Assembly (NCBI GenBank): GCA_964016885.1
Contig: OZ024740.1
Coordinates: forward strand, 48,360,001 to 48,424,000
Direction of reading: 5' to 3'
Length of the DNA stretch: 64,000 nucleotides
Source of the DNA: Eledone cirrhosa
Taxonomy: Eukaryota
The position numbers and the translations under genes were made by a program. The notes beneath the pieces are model-generated. The model was not told where the DNA came from, searched no databases, and was given only the letters and a program-made list of their open reading frames with translations. The first letter of the stretch is position 1. Each line of letters begins with the position of its first letter. Below are positions 24,986-39,254 of this stretch, piece by piece.

Positions 24986-25869
24986 CATCAGTCTTGTTGC
25001 CAACACTTTTTCCAAACAATATCCCAAATTAGCAATGGAGGTGATTGCTCTGATTGGAAAAGTTCAGCTATATGACACGAGCAAAGTGAAATATTGTTCA
25101 GGCAGGAAATAAATTAAGTGAGTATGCTTCAATGGATGTTAATGTTTATAAGAAAAATTAAATATGTGTATGCAAGAGAGAAGACTACCATGTGATGCAT
25201 ATAGATGATACCTGTTAGGTAAACTGCAAAAAATTTCAAGTGGAGGTAAGCTGAAAAAGAGAAAAACCTGGACAGATGTGATGAGAGCGGATCTTGAAAT
25301 ACTGAGATGACAAAGGATCTGTCCAACCTATGCAAGCATGAAAGAAAAATTACCATAAAAAGGATGATCATTATCAGCTACAACTGCATGAAAACCACCA
25401 CCACTATGGTAGTTTTAAGTAGTAGAAGTTAGCTACACAACTATGAGCAAGTAAAACCCACAAGAAGACTGCTACTGTAGCAATATGTCCTATACACTTA
25501 ATGGTACTAATATCACTGAAATATAGTACAAGCGGAATTCATCATCATTACTTTATGTCTACTTTCTTTGCTGGGATGGGTTGGATTAATTATATTGAGA
25601 AAATACATTTAAAAGCAGGCATATACAAAAAGTCTGAGTACATGAAAGGTGAAGGAGAACAAATGTTAACATTTATAGGTTGATCTGTAGTCAAAACTGC
25701 AGCACCATACATTCACATATAAAAGTGTACCAGGGACTGGTTTCTGCTACAAAACTACCTTCAACAACAGCAACTAATATAGCAAAAGCCAGATACTTGG
25801 CCTGCTAAATCACTCAAATTCACATTTAAAGGAGGGATGATGGATCTACTGTCAGTTTCAAAGCAGTAT

Positions 25870-26793
25870 AATCATTAGTTGTATGGGAAAAGGTGATACT
25901 CTAGAACGAAGAAACTGCAGAGGTTTAGAATAGCAAGAAGAGTGTTAGCACAACTAATTAGGGAAATTAACATGTAAGTGGATGAGTATTCCTATTTCAA
26001 AGACATTCAAGTTAGATGAAATGCAGTTTGGTTTTGTGCACCTCAGATATCCTTATCTTGGCTAGGAACTTCTCTTGTAGTTGTGTAAGCTGCTATACCT
26101 CGCTTTTGTAGATCTGAAAATGGCCTTTACCAGAGTAACATGATCTATTATCCTTAAGGAAACTGGTTGTAAATTAATGGCTCATGAGAGTAGGTAATGA
26201 GTTAAGTGAGGAATTCAATGTGCAGGTAGGAGTATATATATCTCTTCAGGTCATAACAGAAGAGTTTAAGGGAACTTCTGTATGCGGTTCTTATAGTTGA
26301 TTCTGTAGTACTTGGGAAAAAAGTTCATGGAGCTACTACCTCTGTTGACAACAAAGGGATTCTCTCTACAATAGAAGGGTAGATTGTAAGATGTCTGCAT
26401 GTAAAATGCCTTGTTGCATGACAATGTAACTTGGGTGATATACAAAGGTTAGAGGGAAATAAAATGAGTATGCTCTGTTGGATGTGTAGTGTGAACGACA
26501 GAGCGTGGATGAACTAAGAGAAAAGCTGGGTATAAGGGGAATCAAATGTAGTTTGCAAGAGAGGCAACTGCACTGGTATATACATGTGATGTGTATGAAT
26601 GATGACCGTTGGATGAAGTGTCAGGAGAAAGCTGGAAGAAAACTAGCACAGGAAACTCTGGGCAGTAGTTAAAGCTGATCTCAAAACGTTGAAACTCAGA
26701 GATGATGAAGAAATGCTATGAGTGGAGGGAGGCTGTGCTGGAAAGGACCTGTCCAATCTGTGCAAGCATAGAAAAGCCGACTGATGATGATGA
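25870..26793 (+). mobile_element. Highly decayed RTE LINE
   Basis: GKGD.LE, LDEMQFGFV, AFVDL, WY.HVM remnants; (GAT)n tail. Confidence 0.7.
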
Positions 26794-27049
26794 TACACCC
26801 ATAACATAATTCCAAAGCCAAATCAGTGTGACAGCATGTGACAAAGCTAAGCCAGTGAACTATGGGTACAATCCATATGATAAACTAGTCCACCCAGCTG
26901 ATAACAGGTATCACTCCTAATTTAGTGATATGTAGGAAAGTTAGACTTGGTCTGACAAGTCAAAAACAAATAGTTAAACTTGCTGAGACTTTCATCATGT
27001 TAGCTTAGACTTGTGTAAAGAAAAAAGAAGTAGAATAACTTGTACTTAC

Positions 27050-27093
27050 CAGTAAAGCATCTAATGACTGTTGTTCTGTATTATCTTGTGGTT
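27050..27093 (-). CDS. ACD: TPP1/ACD-like exon (44 nt)
   Basis: cttatag|..(E)PQDNTEQQSLDALL|gtaagt; phase 1->0. Confidence 0.7.
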
Positions 27094-27715
27094 CTATAAG
27101 GGAATGAAATACAGAAAAATAGAAATATTAGCAATTTGACATATAAAACAGTTAGTGATATGCAGCGCCCTCAGTTATAAAATCTATGTCAAAAAAGAAA
27201 CAAATGAAGGCAATTATTCTAGAAGCAGCTCTGAATAATAAAACTAATATAGAATAGAGGATGCTTTAACTTCTCTAGTGACTTGCATGATAAAATACAT
27301 TTAGCCCATAATATAAAATGGCTGGCAAAAGGAAGAACATCTAGCTGTAAAATTCATACAAAAAAAAACACACAAGATTATCAGTTTTGTCTTGGGCTTC
27401 ATCTGGCATACACAGCAAGTAACAAATGTGAGAGTCATCGAGAAACAAATGTAAAATGATGCTGATGAATTAGTCCAAGTTATACAGTTGAACATGTTTT
27501 TACTTTAAAAGATTTAATTCAAATTATAGATGAACTTTTGTAAACATAAATGTTGATTTTCCAGAGAGATAGAAACTCAAATTTAGAAAGGAGACAACGT
27601 GGTGATGTTTATGCTTTGTTCAATACCATTAGTATGATTTCAAGTGATTCATGTTAACTGTAAATGCAAACAAGGCTGTTATTGAGATTACCAAGAACTT
27701 AATATTGAACTGTTG

Positions 27716-28262
27716 GCCAGACTTGTCTTACAATGGTGCCACCCAGTTCCACACTGTAAACGTGGTTAGTGGAAGGACATTCAGCAGCCCAAACATGGCT
27801 GTGCCATGCCTTACTCGTAGTGGGGCCAACTGGCCATACCTCCCTCATAATGGGACCACCCAGCCCCTAAATTATGGTTCCGATGTGAGCTAGGTATGAC
27901 ATAGTCAACTTGCCAGAACCTCTTCATAATGGTGCTACCTAGTTCCACACTGTAAAGATAGTTGGGTTTAAAAAGGGCATCCAGCTGTAAAAATTGCAGC
28001 CAAAATTTGAGCAGTGTATAACGCGGCCAATTGGCCAGACTGTTTCACAACAGTACCACCTAATCCCACACTGTAAATGTGGTTGGCAGTAGGAAGGGCA
28101 TCCAGCGGCCGTTAAAACCCAGCCCAAACATGGACCCACTATGAGCAAGGCATGGTGCAGCCAACTGGCCAGACCTCCCTCATAATGGGACCACCCAGAT
28201 CCCAAAATACAGTCCCGCATTAAGCAGGGTATGGCATGGCCAACTGGCCAGACCCTCCCTGT
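27716..28262 (+). mobile_element. Non-autonomous retroposon built of internal direct repeats
   Basis: Repeated caactggcca..cctccctcataatgggaccaccc and ttccacactgtaaa..ggttgg..gaagggcatccagc blocks; related to 7657-7960. Confidence 0.55.
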
Positions 28263-29142
28263 AAGGGAGTAAGGTTCATTTGACAAACCCTTTCCTGATC
28301 CCAATGGGATTTCAACTCAGGATACAAAGAACCGAAACAATTATCACAGGATATTTTCCTATTGCTTTAACAATTCTGGTGTTTGGAATTGTAGCATATA
28401 CAATCACTATATGCTACTTTTTTGGTAGGAATTGTTGAGCCTTACACATAACATGACAGACAATCAAAATGCATAGTAAAGATACTGTATAGGAAGGCCA
28501 TCCATTCAATGCTAGTATGGAAAAATAGACATTGATAATAGAAAAAAATGATTGTTATTGTAGCAACAAAACAAATTTAAAAAAAAACCTTTGCAACTGA
28601 CAGAAATATGAGCCAACAAGAGAGCATTTCATGGTTGCTTAACGTGCTAGAAAAGGCAGCTAGGTGTCCCTAGGAAGAGAGAGCTTTAGCAGGAAAAATG
28701 GCCTTAAAATTCCTGTGTAACATTTTGTGCATTAGATTGTAATAGCAAACCTAGTAAGATTTTAGCTGTTAATTCATTACTGGCTAAAATCAATTAGTTA
28801 CTTGTTTTTAGGTTTCATTTTATTTTTGTTTTATTTTAAGGTTTAGCTAAAAGAGGAAGGTCAGCACTCATGATCCTTGTCAAGGCCTCTGAGACTAGTA
28901 GGGTGAAGGTAAGAAGTTATCCTCAGACTGAAGACCTGACCCAAATGCTTGCAAGAGAGTGAACTCTGCTAAAAGCACTGAAGGGCCTGGTCATTTTATT
29001 AAATTAGAGGATGGATTAAATCTACTAGTTTGAGCAACAAATAAAACTAAACATACTTCTAACTTAATATAAAACCTAAAAGGCTAATGTTTAGGCATTA
29101 CAAATCACATTTTAAAAATATACCCAGAGTATCATCCTCATT

Positions 29143-29473
29143 CATCATCATTTTACGTCCGCTTTTCCCTGCTTGCAAGGGTGGGACGGGAACTGATTCT
29201 GGCTTGATTTCTACAGCTGGATGGCCTTCCCAACACCAACCTCATTTACAGTGAGTGCTGGGTGCTTTTTTGCCATGGCACCTCCACGACCACTTTGCAG
29301 TGGAATGATAGGGACCCCAGTCCCTATCATCTCATTTCTACAGCTGAGTAAACTGGAGCAATGTGAAATAAAGTGTCTTGCTCAAAGAAACAACACATCA
29401 CCTGGTCTGAGGATTGAACTCACAACCTTTCGATTACAAGGTCAATGCTCTAACCACTAAGTCATGTGCCTCC
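29143..29473 (-). mobile_element. tRNA-derived SINE (family 2) with RTE-B 3' tail
   Basis: Reverse complement of 44648-44986. Confidence 0.88.
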
Positions 29474-29778
29474 ATATTGGGCATAAAAGAAAATAATGAT
29501 TTCTTTTTTAAGTACAAGGCTAATTTTAATTAGTAGTAGTCAAAATTATGTTAAGCATATGAGAAATGATTTACTGCAGGTAAAGATGACTTAGTCTAAC
29601 CACTAAGCAGACTGAAGTAGAATTAAATGTCTTGTTGAAGAAAAAAACAATAGTTGATATTAACAAGCCCTATGAGCAGTATCTTTACAGAAAGAAACTT
29701 CTAATAATGGACCTTATCCACTCAAACAATATAGATTATTTTTGTCATATATATAGCTAATGTATTTAATTCACTTAC

Positions 29779-30532
29779 CAATGTGTGTTCTTTTAGAAGG
29801 GCTTGCACTAAACTTGCCTTCATGTGATTGAGTGTAGTCAGATCTGTTGTCTCTAGAATCCATCTGGTATATAGAAAATGTTCTTTTATTTGGATTACGC
29901 TTTAAAAGACACAAGTTTCTTAATTCGGGGTTCTGTGGCTCTTTTGCAGTAGAAGAAACAAGTTCATTTTCATTCAAATTTACATTGTCAGAATTAGTGT
30001 CATTATTAGAATAGTTTGAGTTTTGTGGGAATGGAAGGTTGGAATCATCATTATAGTTGAAGGCAGTCAATTCAGGTGAAGCTGGAGCATTAGTAGGAGG
30101 TAATAGTTCATTAGCTGTTGATGTAACAAGAAAAGATGGCCCTGGTGGGTTCGCTTCATTATTACTGTTCTTTTCTTGGCTTATATCACAATTGTTTAAT
30201 ACATTTCTAGTAGAATCCTTATTCGACGTAGAAAATTCTAACGAACTACATTTGTATTCATCATTATCAGTACTGGTGACTTTTAAAAGGGAATCCTCTG
30301 AATTTGAAAGATCATTTTCATGCTGAGAAGCAGGCCTATCTTGTTGACCAGCTGCTTCATCTGTGGGAAGAGTAAGGTTTCTGAGTCTTGTTTCTTCTTC
30401 AATATCACTGTTATTTGACTGTGATGTTATTTTTACTCTGTTCTGACAATGAGCGGCAGCCACAGATACCAGATCATTGTCTGGTTGGCGTTCTTTAGAC
30501 TGAGGGACATCATTAACTATCATCTCACCATC
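29779..30532 (-). CDS. ACD: TPP1/ACD-like large S/N/D/E-rich exon (754 nt)
   Basis: Open 251-codon frame DGEMIVND...SKRTHI; acceptor tttttttcctaag, donor G|gtaagt; phase 0->1 fits both neighbours. Confidence 0.8.
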
Positions 30533-31200
30533 CTTAGGAAAAAAAAAACAACAAAAAAATGAGATGAGATAACACAGAAATTTCTGAAATGATTCTCAGA
30601 GTATTGTACATTTTCTTAGAATTCATCAGTTACAAACTAAGAGGAGTAGTAGATTGGGAGCAGTAACATGTTTAATAAAACAAAGAAATCAGAACAAATA
30701 AACAAACTGAAGAAAATAGTGCTGAAAAAGTAGCAAATTTGAAGAAAAAAATTGGAGTGAGAGAATTTATAAACTAAAGTGGGAAAGTATTTGAAAGTGA
30801 TTAAATGTTTTTTTCTTTCTCTCCCCCTCTCTCTCACGCAATGAAATGATATTTCTCATGGTGTAGAAACTTGGAAGAACCACCATTAAGTATACTAGTG
30901 CATGCAATCAGATTAAAGGTTTGTGAACAGTTGCTGCTTTGCAAACTTTAACTGCATGGGAAAATGGAGGCAAAATTAGAGATGATGTTTTTATGAGAAT
31001 ATCTTTGACTTTTTAAACATATTCACCCTTGCAATTCCATTAAAAACAAATGACAGAAGATGCTGTCTATTTTCTTCGGCCTAAAAAGAAAAGGAGCCAA
31101 TCATCAGATTGAACAAAGGAAACAATGTTTCCATTGAAGATGCCATCTACCAATCACAACTCAAAATAAAGTATTTTGCTCAAGAATATGTGTTGCCCAG

Positions 31201-32100
31201 TTCCCTGAACTGCAGATTTCAATAACGCTTTCAACAATAAGCACTCCCCAATACTTCATTTTCCCTGAACTGCAGATTTCAATAAGACTTTCAACAATAA
31301 GCACTCCCCAATACTTCATTTTCCCTGAACTGCAGATTTCAATAACACTTTCAACAATAAGCACTCCCCAATACTTCATTTTCCCTGAACTGCAGATTTC
31401 AATAACACTTTCAACAATAAGCACTCCCCAATACTTCATTTTCCCTGAACTGCAGATTTCAATAACACTTTCAACAATAAGCACTCCCCAATACTTCATT
31501 TTCCCTGAACTGCAGATTTCAATAAGACTTTCAACAATAAGCACTCCCCAATACTTCATTTTCCCTGAACTGCAGATTTCAATAACACTTTCAACAATAA
31601 GCACTCCCCAATACTTCATTTTCCCTGAACTGCAGATTTCAATAACACTTTCAACAATAAGCACTCCCCAATACTTCATTTTCCCTGAACTGCAGATTTC
31701 AATAACACTTTCAACAATAAGCACTCCCCAATACTTCATTTTCCCTGAACTGCAGATTTCAATAACACTTTCAACAATAAGCACTCCCCAATACTTCATT
31801 TTCCCTGAACTGCAGATTTCAATAACACTTTCAACAATAAGCACTCCCCAATACTTCATTTTCCCTGAACTGCAGATTTCAATAACACTTTCAACAATAA
31901 GCACTCCCCAATACTTCATTTTCCCTGAACTGCAGATTTCAATAACGCTTTCAACAATAAGCACTCCCCAATACTTCATTTTCCCTGAACTGCAGATTTC
32001 AATAACACTTTCAACAATAAGCACTCCCCAATACTTCATTTCCCCCGAACTGCAGATTTCAATAACACTTTCAACAATAAGCACTCCCCAATACTTCATT
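31201..32100. repeat. Minisatellite, 15 x 60 bp, intronic
   Basis: Unit ttccctgaactgcagatttcaataacactttcaacaataagcactccccaatacttcatt; copies differ by 0-2 nt. Confidence 0.99.
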
Positions 32101-32568
32101 TTTATCAAAGTTTATGTATAATTTCCAGCAATAAATACTGTAAAAATATTTTTCTCCTGCATTGTCTCATACATTTCCTACTTCACTTGGTGTGACTCTT
32201 ACCACCTCTTTATTTCGACAAAAGAGACTTGGATCTCATTACAAATTTTGATCATACTTACTTCACATTTTACTTCTTTATACATTATAAAGCCCAACCA
32301 CCACCTCTTCCCACATTTGCTTCACCTGACTTCTTCACTTTGCAACCTAGACAATAACACTTCTATACTCTGTCTCTCTTTTGTTGATAAACAAGTGTAC
32401 AAAATATTTGATTTTTTCACTACTCATGGCAAATCAACTCTCTAATTAATGACTTCTATGAACTCTGATACCTAAGTTTAACTGGTAAGTATGTCAACTT
32501 ACACGGTTTTGAACTATTTTTACAGGTTCTTTACACACAATAAAAATAGAAGTAAACATATCACTTAC

Positions 32569-32612
32569 CTCTGAAGCAATCTCAGACTGAGCGTTACTTT
32601 CTCTATTGGTTT
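32569..32612 (-). CDS. ACD: TPP1/ACD-like exon (44 nt)
   Basis: tttcag|..(E)TNRESNAQSEIASE|gtaagt; phase 1->0. Confidence 0.75.
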
Positions 32613-32673
32613 CTGAAATAAAAGCAAAATATCATCACCTTTTTCAAGAAAGTAATTTCTGAAACATTCTTAA

Positions 32674-32857
32674 CTCTTTAGCATTTACATTAATCTATAT
32701 ATACTATTATATTAATAATATGGAATCTATGGGATTTTGATATTATTTATTTTGAGAACAATAGCTTAACATCAGTATGAGTCACTAGTTATGGCTGGTT
32801 TGAACAGAAAAAGGTGAGAGATTCTGGCCGGATACAGTCGGTTTAAATGCCAAAGGG
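32674..32857. mobile_element. piggyBac-type MITE
   Basis: ttaa|ctctttagcattta ... taaatgccaaaggg|ttaa; sister copy at 38146-38353. Confidence 0.75.
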
Positions 32858-33477
32858 TTAAACATAAAAAGATGCAGAATTTACCAACAGTAACTGAAAA
32901 ACATAATCCTTTCAGTAGAACTGTTGAGAACTTGTAGAGAAGTATATCTCACTGCCTATTTGATACATCAATCAATCAATAGTTATCATTTCAAATGAAA
33001 TAATAAAACACAAAGAAATATGTGCACATACATAAACCATATTAAAATAATATTATAATGTCATGAGGGAGATAAAATAAAAGTTGCCCAAGCATTTCTT
33101 TCATTGGCTTTTTGCTGAATTGAAGTGACTTTTACATTTAGTTCTTTTGGGACAATTCTTTGGAATGTGGTCTTCGGTCTTTGTCTCTTGCAGTGACCTC
33201 CTGGTAGTTGATGTAACAGAAGACACTCAGCATGGAAGTTACTAATTGGATGCTGGATTTGATGACCAATTCATGTCCATTGCCGTTTTTGAACCTGAAC
33301 ATAGAGATGTGACTGCTCTGTGCATGTGAAAATTTCTGCATTTGTTATGCGATCTTGGTATGTTACACCACAGATGAGGCGCAGACAATTTGTGTGAAAT
33401 GTGTTCACTGCTAGTTTTTATTTTTGCGTACACACAATCCATGTCTCGCAGCCATAGTGTATTATACAACTTCAGAT

Positions 33478-33945
33478 AATTACTGATGTTCACTCATTGC
33501 CTTATAGGCTAATGCTCTCTTGTGAAGTATGTTTTCCTCACCAGTGTGATTACAGCTGATGACCTTTTGAGCCAAAGTAGATAAAGCTAACAGTTCTTCT
33601 GAGTTTAGCATTATTTGCAATATTCCATTATCGTTATCAATGTTTAAACACACATACTCAGTTTTTGTGACATTTAGTTCCAGGCCAACAGTGTGTGCTT
33701 TGTATATTCTGTGATTTAAATGCTCTTGTGTTTTCTGTACAATTAAAACAATGTCATCTGTGAATGCCAGGTTTGATAACTTGATACCAGATGTGAGCTC
33801 AATGCTGTCTTCGGGATGGGCTGCTGCTTTTAGAATATGGTCGATAATGATGACAAATATATACGATGCTAAAGTATATCCTTGTAATATGCCTTTCGTT
33901 ATATTAAATTCAGGGGATTGCTTTTCATTGATACTTACTACAGCC
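33478..33945 (-). mobile_element. Decayed non-LTR RT fragment (RTE-like)
   Basis: GILQGYTLA, LAFTDDIVL, GLELNVTKTEY. Confidence 0.75.
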
Positions 33946-34189
33946 ATTTACTATGTTACTGTTGACTATTTTATGGCTAAGTTTTGTCATCAATTGTACA
34001 TGAGATGAGAAATTACAAATACTGAGTGAGTAAGATGTTGAAATTTGGACTGAAGAGTAAGTTTGTAAAATATTCTATCAATGGAATACACAACTGCATG
34101 TGCTGTGCCTAGACTAGCAATGACTAAATGATAAAGTATGATTTACCCCTGATTTTAGTTTAAAATTTATCATATTATGCACCAGAAAA

Positions 34190-36282
34190 TCTCCAACCAG
34201 ACACAGGGTGACTTGGTGGTGGAACAGCATGGTAGATAGAGCCATTAAAGACAAAAGACAAGCATGGAAGGATTGGAAAAATGGGGGGAGTAAAAAACGA
34301 TACTCAGCTGTTAAAAGAGAGGCTAGACGTCAAGTATACTTAGCACGCAGAGAAGCTGAGAGTAGGAGGTTTGCCAATGTTCTGTGATGAGAGGATCAGA
34401 GATGTTAGGTGTTTCGCATTGCAAGGCAGCGTGTCAGTGTAAACCAGGATGTTGTTGGAGATAAGTGTGTCTGAAATGATGCTGGTGCACTTAGCGTCAC
34501 CGATGCTCAGAAAACGGAGGCCTGGAAATGTCATTATGAGAAACTGATGAACGTTGAGAATGAATGGGAGAGAGAGAAACTACCCCCAACAGACCCAACG
34601 GAGGGACCAGCTATTGAAGTTGACAACTATAGAGTCGAAGAAGCAATTAAGGAAATGAAAAGTGGTAAGGCTGCTGGACCATCAGGGATAGTTGTTGAGA
34701 TGCTGAAAGCATCAGAAGTAGGAACTAAACTGGCTGCACGCATAGTCAATCAAGTTATATATGACGGAGTCATACCCAAAGACTGGTGCAGCAGTATGCT
34801 TGTAAATTGCTACAAAGGTAAAGGGGATGCTCTCGAGAGGAGCAATTATAGGAGCATAAAACTGATGGATCAGGTTATGAAAGTGACAGAAAGAGTGCTA
34901 CCACAACTAATTAAAGAAGGAGTCAAATGCAGTTTGGTTTTGTGCCTGGGAAAAGTACAACAGATGCCCTCTTCTTAGTGAGACAATTACAAGAGAGGTT
35001 CTTAGAGAAGAATAAGCCACTATATTTAGCTTTTGTTGACCTAGAGAAGGCCTTTGATAGAGTATCCTGATCTGTCATCTGGTGGTCCCTAAGAAAACTA
35101 GTTGTAGAGGAATGGCTTGTGAGGACTGTGCAAGCTATGTACAGAGGTGCTGTCAGTAAAGTGAGAGTAGGAGTGGAGTCTAGTGAGGAATTCCAGATAC
35201 AAGTAGGAGTTCATCAGAGTTTGGTCCTCAGCCCACTCTTATTCATTATAGTTCTCCAAGCCATAACAGAGGAGTTTAAGGCTCGCTGCCCATGGGAACT
35301 TCTCTATGCTGACGATCTGGTACTTATAGCAGAATCAGTAGAGGAGCTAGAGAATAAATTCTGGCTATGGAAACAGCAGTTGGAAGCAAGAGGACTGAGA
35401 GTGAACTTAGCAAAAACTAAAGTGTTGATAAGTAGGAAAGAGGACAAGACTGATTCCATCAGGTAAATGGCCATGTTCAATATGTAGAAAAGGATTTGGC
35501 ATAAACTCTATAAAATGTACACAATGCAGATCTTGGGTACACAAGAGGTGTGTTACAGGAAGGTAAAACTTCATATGTAGTAGATGTTCAGGGAAAATTG
35601 ATAGTAGAAGTGTCAGTGATAGGCACATTTTTCAAATGCAGGTAGAATCTATAGAGGTGGTTGATAGCTTCCGATATCTAGGTGATACAGATTAGCAAGG
35701 GAGGAGGATGCTCCGAGGCCATAGTATCTAGACTAAGAACAGGATGGAAGAAGTTTAGGGAGCTGTGTCTTCTGTTGATAACAAAGGGTTTCTCTCTAAG
35801 AATGAAAGGTCCGTTGTATGATGCCTGTGTGAGATGCGCGCTGCTGCATGGTAGTGAGACATGGGCAGCAACTGCGGAGGATATGCGAAGGCTGGAGAGA
35901 AATGAAGCAAGCATGCACCGATGGATGTGCAATGTCTATGTGTGTGAACGAACAAGCATACACAAGTTGAGAGTGAAACTGTGTATAAGAGGAATAAACT
36001 GCAGTGTGTGAGAGAGAAGACTGTGTTGGTATAGCCATATGAAGTGCATGGAAGATGACCGCTGGGTGAAGAAGTGCCAAGAAATTCCAGTTGAAGGAAG
36101 AGGCAGTAGAGGAAGACCACGAAAAACATGAGTGGAGATGGTGAGAGCTGACCTCAGATGGTTGAAGCTCACAGAGGAGATGACAAGGGACCGTGACAAA
36201 TGTAGAGATGCTGTGTTGAAGAGAACCCATCCTACCCTTGCAAGCAGGAAAAAGCGGACGTAAAATGATGATGATGATGATG
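34190..36282 (+). mobile_element. RTE LINE, PHD-bearing subfamily B
   Basis: MNVENEW, GKAAGPSG, LLYADDLVL, WPCS.C..WVHKRC, LHGSETW; tail ...aagcggacgtaaaatgatgatg. Confidence 0.92.
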
Positions 36283-37004
36283 ACCACAAAAGGATGAAAG
36301 GTAAAGTTGACTTCAGTAGGATTTGAACTAAGAAGCAATTGTATGCAAAATATGTCAACAGGTTCTGAAAATTACACATTTCATTAATTATAAGCTATAA
36401 GTAAGACAAGAAACAAATAAACTAAATGTTTTAAATGGCAAAGTAGACTGCAGATTCTTTTTGTAGATTCAACATGTATATTAGAAGACAGAAAATAATA
36501 ATGGCATTCCTTATATTTTTCACATGGAAGTCAATAATGGTAGATTCTTGGTAATTTTTTTGAAGCTGCAAGTAATTTCTTACCATTTAGATTCTATTAA
36601 AAGTAACACCAAGCACTAATTATCTAGATCTCAGCTCGATAACAATTTCTAGTTACAGAAACCGGGAGTTTAAGGATAGTTATAGGAAGACAGACTTATA
36701 AACCATACATATTATCACATAAGATGTAAATCTGCATATTATCATAAAGTACAAATTTTCTCTGATGTCTATTCATGTGATTATTGATTATTATTATTTT
36801 CTCTGATGTCTATTCATGTGATTATTGATTATGCTAAAGTACCAGTAATGCACTGGGTATTTGCTGGCCTTGTGCCTAAAGTAGAAACAATTATTGATTA
36901 TGCTTGGTTTCCTTCTTTGGCTTTCTTTTCTTGTCTTGTGTTATATGCTGCAGGTATAAACATAAGAGACAACCATATTTAAATCACAACAATAATAAAC
37001 TAAC

Positions 37005-37095
37005 CTTTTTCATAATTAACAGTCTCTAAAGGATTTTCAGAATCAGTTTTAACTTCTGATGATATATTTTCTTGTTTCTCACAAATATTTGGTTC
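37005..37095 (-). CDS. ACD: TPP1/ACD-like exon (91 nt)
   Basis: acacag|EPNICEKQENISSEVKTDSENPLETVNYEK(E)|gttagt; phase 0->1. An alternative AG 10 nt upstream would be out of phase. Confidence 0.65.
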
Positions 37096-38145
37096 CTGTG
37101 TAGTACTGTTAGCAATTAGATAGAGAAGTCTTTAGATTAATAAATGTTACAAATAAATGAATAGATGAAACAAATTTAAACCTCATATACAACACATTTA
37201 GTAAAATAGTTTATAATTGCCATTATACACTACATCATAAATCTCAGTTAGTAACACAGATAATCGTTGGTATGTATACTCAGTAAAATGGAGCTTGTAT
37301 TTTGTTAAAGATATTGTAATACATTGCTCATTCCATTTTATCTAGATGAAAATAGGAACATTTAAAACTATGCCAATGTAGTGGTCAAATCTGCTCATAA
37401 ACAAATTGTTTCAATTTTAATCTTTACAACTGCATGTCCAATGTATAGTGATGACTAATGGTGTTATGCAATGTGATCTTCTTTCATCATAGCACTTCTA
37501 TACCTTGGAGTACATTATAAAATACTTCATATTATTTAATTTTGATGTGTTACAAAATATTGGGAAGTTCTCTAAGTCAAACCTCTATTTATGCTATGTG
37601 CCAAAAATAACAAAACTTGTATATTGTTATATTTTCACTGCAATTTTAATATAATGCTAAGGTATATATTATACTAAAATCTAAAATATCTTAATAATGG
37701 ATCTATTGTTAGTTTTGATGAGCATTCAGTTGTTTGAGCAACTAAATGACTGATTGAAATTAACATGTAAGTGACTGAGTATTAAAATAATTGCCAAGCT
37801 GAATCAGTATAACACAATATCTGACAAAGCTGAACTTTTGAATTCCAGACACATATATGTACAGGCTTCGTTTCCATCTACCCAATTTGAATCACATGGC
37901 TTGAGTCAAGTCGAGACTATGGCAAAGACACATACCCAAGATGTCACATAGCGCAATTAAACCAAGGGTTTCATGATTACAAAGCAAACTTCTTAACATC
38001 TACATGCCTATAGTAAATACTGTGGATATAAAAACATGGTCCATAATTTATGGACATATGTTAGATTAGATTAAACAGTTTATACTTTTGTTGTTTAACT
38101 CTTGGCAAGCCATAATTCAGCAGCCCTATAATCAAAGGTGTTTAA

Positions 38146-38353
38146 CCCTTTAGCATTTACATTAATCTACATATACTATTATATTTTCATGGTAAAGTCT
38201 TTATTTCACATAATATTGAATCAATGAGATTTTGATATTACTTATTTTGAGAACAATACCTTAACATCAGTATGAGCAGCTGGTTAGGGCCAGTTTGAAC
38301 AGAAAGAGGTGAAAGAATTCTGGCCGGATATGGCTGGTTTAAATGCTAAAGGG
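38146..38353. mobile_element. piggyBac-type MITE
   Basis: ttaa|ccctttagcattta ... taaatgctaaaggg|ttaa. Confidence 0.8.
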
Positions 38354-39254
38354 TTAAGCAGTAGTAACCACCCATTTTGTCCAATGTAGTGTTCTTTATT
38401 TAGGACAGTATGGTGTAATTTTTTTTTTGGGGGGGGGTTCACTGCTATTACTAAGAGGTCAAGGTAATGCATAGAGGCTACTTCATTTTGTATGTTGGAG
38501 TTTAGGGGGCTGCTTCCTTGTGCTTCAACTAAACATAGATAGTCTGATTCTATGAAACATCAGCTGAAATGTCAACCAGGGAATACTGTTCCATTAATAG
38601 CAGGACACAGAGCCATACCAATAAAGACTTTTAGATGGTTGAACCTTACAGATGAGAAGACAGTATAAAACAGTTCTGTTTAAAAAGTCATTGTAGCATA
38701 TAAAAATGATAATAATCCAGTGATGTAAAGGTTGGGAGGTTCCAGGATACAATTATGGTTTGCTCCTTTCCAAACCATGTTTGGGAGTCTAGAGATATGC
38801 AATCATTATGTGTGTTCCATGCTGCACAGGACAGGTCGCACGCCCTTCAGCAGTTTTTACAGCATAAAATGGAGACTGCAATATATTTTTAGAAGAGGCC
38901 CCTCTACCTAAGGCCTAAATGTGTCCCTTGTTAATCTGCGCAAAGAACAATGCAGTATGATTCTTTTTGTTACCTCTCGCTATATTTCAGTTTTGGTGGT
39001 CTTCTTCGCACCAGTCAACAATCTGGTAATTTTCTCAACTGGGTTGTAAGGTTTTCTCGAGAACTAAAAGTGTCACCTATTGCTCCATTTCCCCTAGTAG
39101 TTTACCAGTGTTGCTTATTGTTTGGCAGGTGCCCGCTTATCTTGCAACTAACCATTATCATTATATCTGATAGTTGTATTCCTATCTGCCATCTGCAACC
39201 CATTCTCTAGCAGAACAGTTTCTTGTTTCCCCAATATCTCTATATAAATACCTG

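Noticed and set aside
29771-30523. Stand-alone 250-aa gene
   Set aside because: Bounded by splice sites; it is an internal exon.
31060-31110. Hammerhead or C/D snoRNA on the minus strand (CTGATGA..GAAA)
   Set aside because: Stem II closing pair and cleavage triplet are not satisfied; a similar sequence near 51490 suggests a dispersed repeat.
31161-32108. 315-aa repetitive ORF or CRISPR-like array
   Set aside because: A head-to-tail tandem repeat without spacers; the ORF follows from a stop-free 60-bp unit, and the flanking exons already splice in phase without it.
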